Assembly: GCA_038901675.1 (NCBI GenBank)
Contig: JBCKPM010000001.1
Span: forward strand, 1-45,979
Reading direction: 5' to 3'
Origin: Usitatibacteraceae bacterium
Lineage (GTDB): Bacteria > Pseudomonadota > Gammaproteobacteria > Burkholderiales > Usitatibacteraceae
Length of the DNA stretch: 45,979 nucleotides
A model generated the notes under the pieces. The model saw nothing but the letters and a program-made list of their open reading frames with translations, made no database searches and had not been told where the DNA came from. Positions 44,736 through 45,979 of this stretch are shown here, piece after piece. Both the position numbers and the translations under genes were made by a program. The stretch's first letter is position 1, and each line of letters starts with the position of its first letter.

Positions 44736-45974
44736 ATGGCATTGACCTATTTGTGGGCCGGGTTCTTTATTGTTGGCTTTCTCGCCGCACTGGTTCAGTT
44801 CTTCTTCAACGGCGACACCGACGTTTTCAAGCGCATCGTTGACGGCACCTTTGACGCCGCGCGCCTTGGCGTGATGGACATTGCGCTGCCGCTGGCCGGC
44901 GTAATGACGTTGTGGCTGGGCATTCTTGCCGTTGGCGAAAAGGCCGGCGCCATCGACTTCGTGGCACGACTCATCGCGCCGTTCTTCTCACGTGTATTTC
45001 CCGGCGTGCCGAAGAACCACCCCGCGACTGGGTTAATGGTGATGAACTATTCGGCCAATTTTCTGGGTCTCGATAACGCCGCGACACCGGTCGGCTTAAA
45101 GGCGATGGCGGCGTTGCAGGAACTGAATCCCAACAAGGATGAGGCGACCGACGCGCAACTGATGTTTCTGGTGTTGCAGACAGCGGGTCTGACCCTGATT
45201 CCGCTCACGGTGATGGCGCAGCGCGCCATTCTTGGCGCCAAGGATCCCTCGGACATTTTTATCCCGACCTTGATCGCCACGTTCGCCGGCACGTTTGTGG
45301 CGTTCGTCGCGGTGGCGCTGCGCCAGCGCATCCGCCTGCTTGACCCAGTGATTCTCGCGTGGCTGGGCGGCATGACCACATGCGTGGTCGGGATGGTGTG
45401 GTTTATGAGCACCCAGATGACGCGCGAAGAAATTCAGGCGTTCTCCCGGATCTCCGCCAACTTTCTGTTGCTGTCCGTCATCGTGCTGTTTCTGGGCGGC
45501 GGGCTCATCAAGAAAGTGAATGTTTACGAAGCCTTCATCGAAGGTGCGAAAGGCGGCATCCAAACCTCCATCATCATCATTCCGTATTTGGTCGGCATGT
45601 TGGTGGCGATCAGTGTCTTGCGCAACTCCGGTGTGCTCGACATGATTGTCGACGGTTTCGCTTGGCTGTTTGCCATGATGGGTTTCAACACCGATTTCAC
45701 GCCTGCATTACCGACGGCGATCATGAAATCTGTGAGCGGCTCCGGCGCGCGCGCGATGATGATCGAAGCGATGAAAACCTACGGTGTTGATTCATTCGTT
45801 GGGCGGCTGGTCAGCATCCTGCAAGGCTCATCTGACACCACCTTCTACATCATCGCGCTCTACTTTGGCGCAGTCGGCATCACCAAGACGCGCTACGCCA
45901 TCGGCTACGGCTTGCTCGCTGACTTCGCCGGTGTGGCGGCGGCGATCTGGGTGGCGTATTTGTTCTTTCACTGA
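44736..45974 (+). CDS. nucleoside-recognition (Gate) domain membrane protein, fused SpmA/SpmB-like
   Basis: 412-aa polytopic ORF whose two halves resemble the spore-maturation SpmA and SpmB type membrane proteins. Confidence 0.6.
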   Translation: MALTYLWAGFFIVGFLAALVQFFFNGDTDVFKRIVDGTFDAARLGVMDIALPLAGVMTLWLGILAVGEKAGAIDFVARLIAPFFSRVFPGVPKNHPATGLMVMNYSANFLGLDNAATPVGLKAMAALQELNPNKDEATDAQLMFLVLQTAGLTLIPLTVMAQRAILGAKDPSDIFIPTLIATFAGTFVAFVAVALRQRIRLLDPVILAWLGGMTTCVVGMVWFMSTQMTREEIQAFSRISANFLLLSVIVLFLGGGLIKKVNVYEAFIEGAKGGIQTSIIIIPYLVGMLVAISVLRNSGVLDMIVDGFAWLFAMMGFNTDFTPALPTAIMKSVSGSGARAMMIEAMKTYGVDSFVGRLVSILQGSSDTTFYIIALYFGAVGITKTRYAIGYGLLADFAGVAAAIWVAYLFFH

Positions 45975-45979
45975 AAGTT

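Overview
High-GC proteobacterial chromosome segment. Gene order and operator motifs look Xanthomonad- or Burkholderiales-like, but I cannot assign a taxon from sequence alone.

(1) Bases 1-15.3 kb: a partial IS110-family element sits at the left edge. It is followed by a minus-strand housekeeping block: glnD, a 5'-truncated map remnant, def, MTA phosphorylase, hpt, galU, a small SWIM zinc-finger gene, ligA, zipA and smc.

(2) Bases 15.3-20.6 kb: queF, then an atypical LuxR-type regulator convergent with a 50-aa double-glycine-leader micro-peptide gene. Next comes a degraded tRNA-His-associated islet. It is bounded by copies of the tRNA 3' end and carries a lower-GC ClpP-fold (SDH-family) protease and a frameshifted HsdS-like fragment.

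(3) Bases 20.6-44.7 kb: a roughly 24 kb peptidoglycan / amino-sugar scavenging locus. It holds an AstE/M14-like peptidase, a VanX-type dipeptidase, PBP4, two TonB-dependent receptors, a Tat-signal LD-carboxypeptidase and an orphan peptide-type SBP. It also holds two minus-strand operons, amiD / BadF-type kinase / GHL10 lipoprotein / HGSNAT-like membrane acyltransferase / ampG / murQ, and nagB-II / nagA / GntR-type nagQ. Four copies of a direct-repeat operator (TGGTAnn-N4-TGGTATn) tie these units together.

At least three related MITE families are superimposed on the window:
- Five full copies of a 141-bp element with clear 4-bp target duplications.
- Two copies of a CTAG-flanked element of about 160 bp, one inserted in frame inside a coding gene.
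- One hybrid element.

Most long antisense ORFs in the supplied track are high-GC shadow ORFs. No rRNA or CRISPR array was found.
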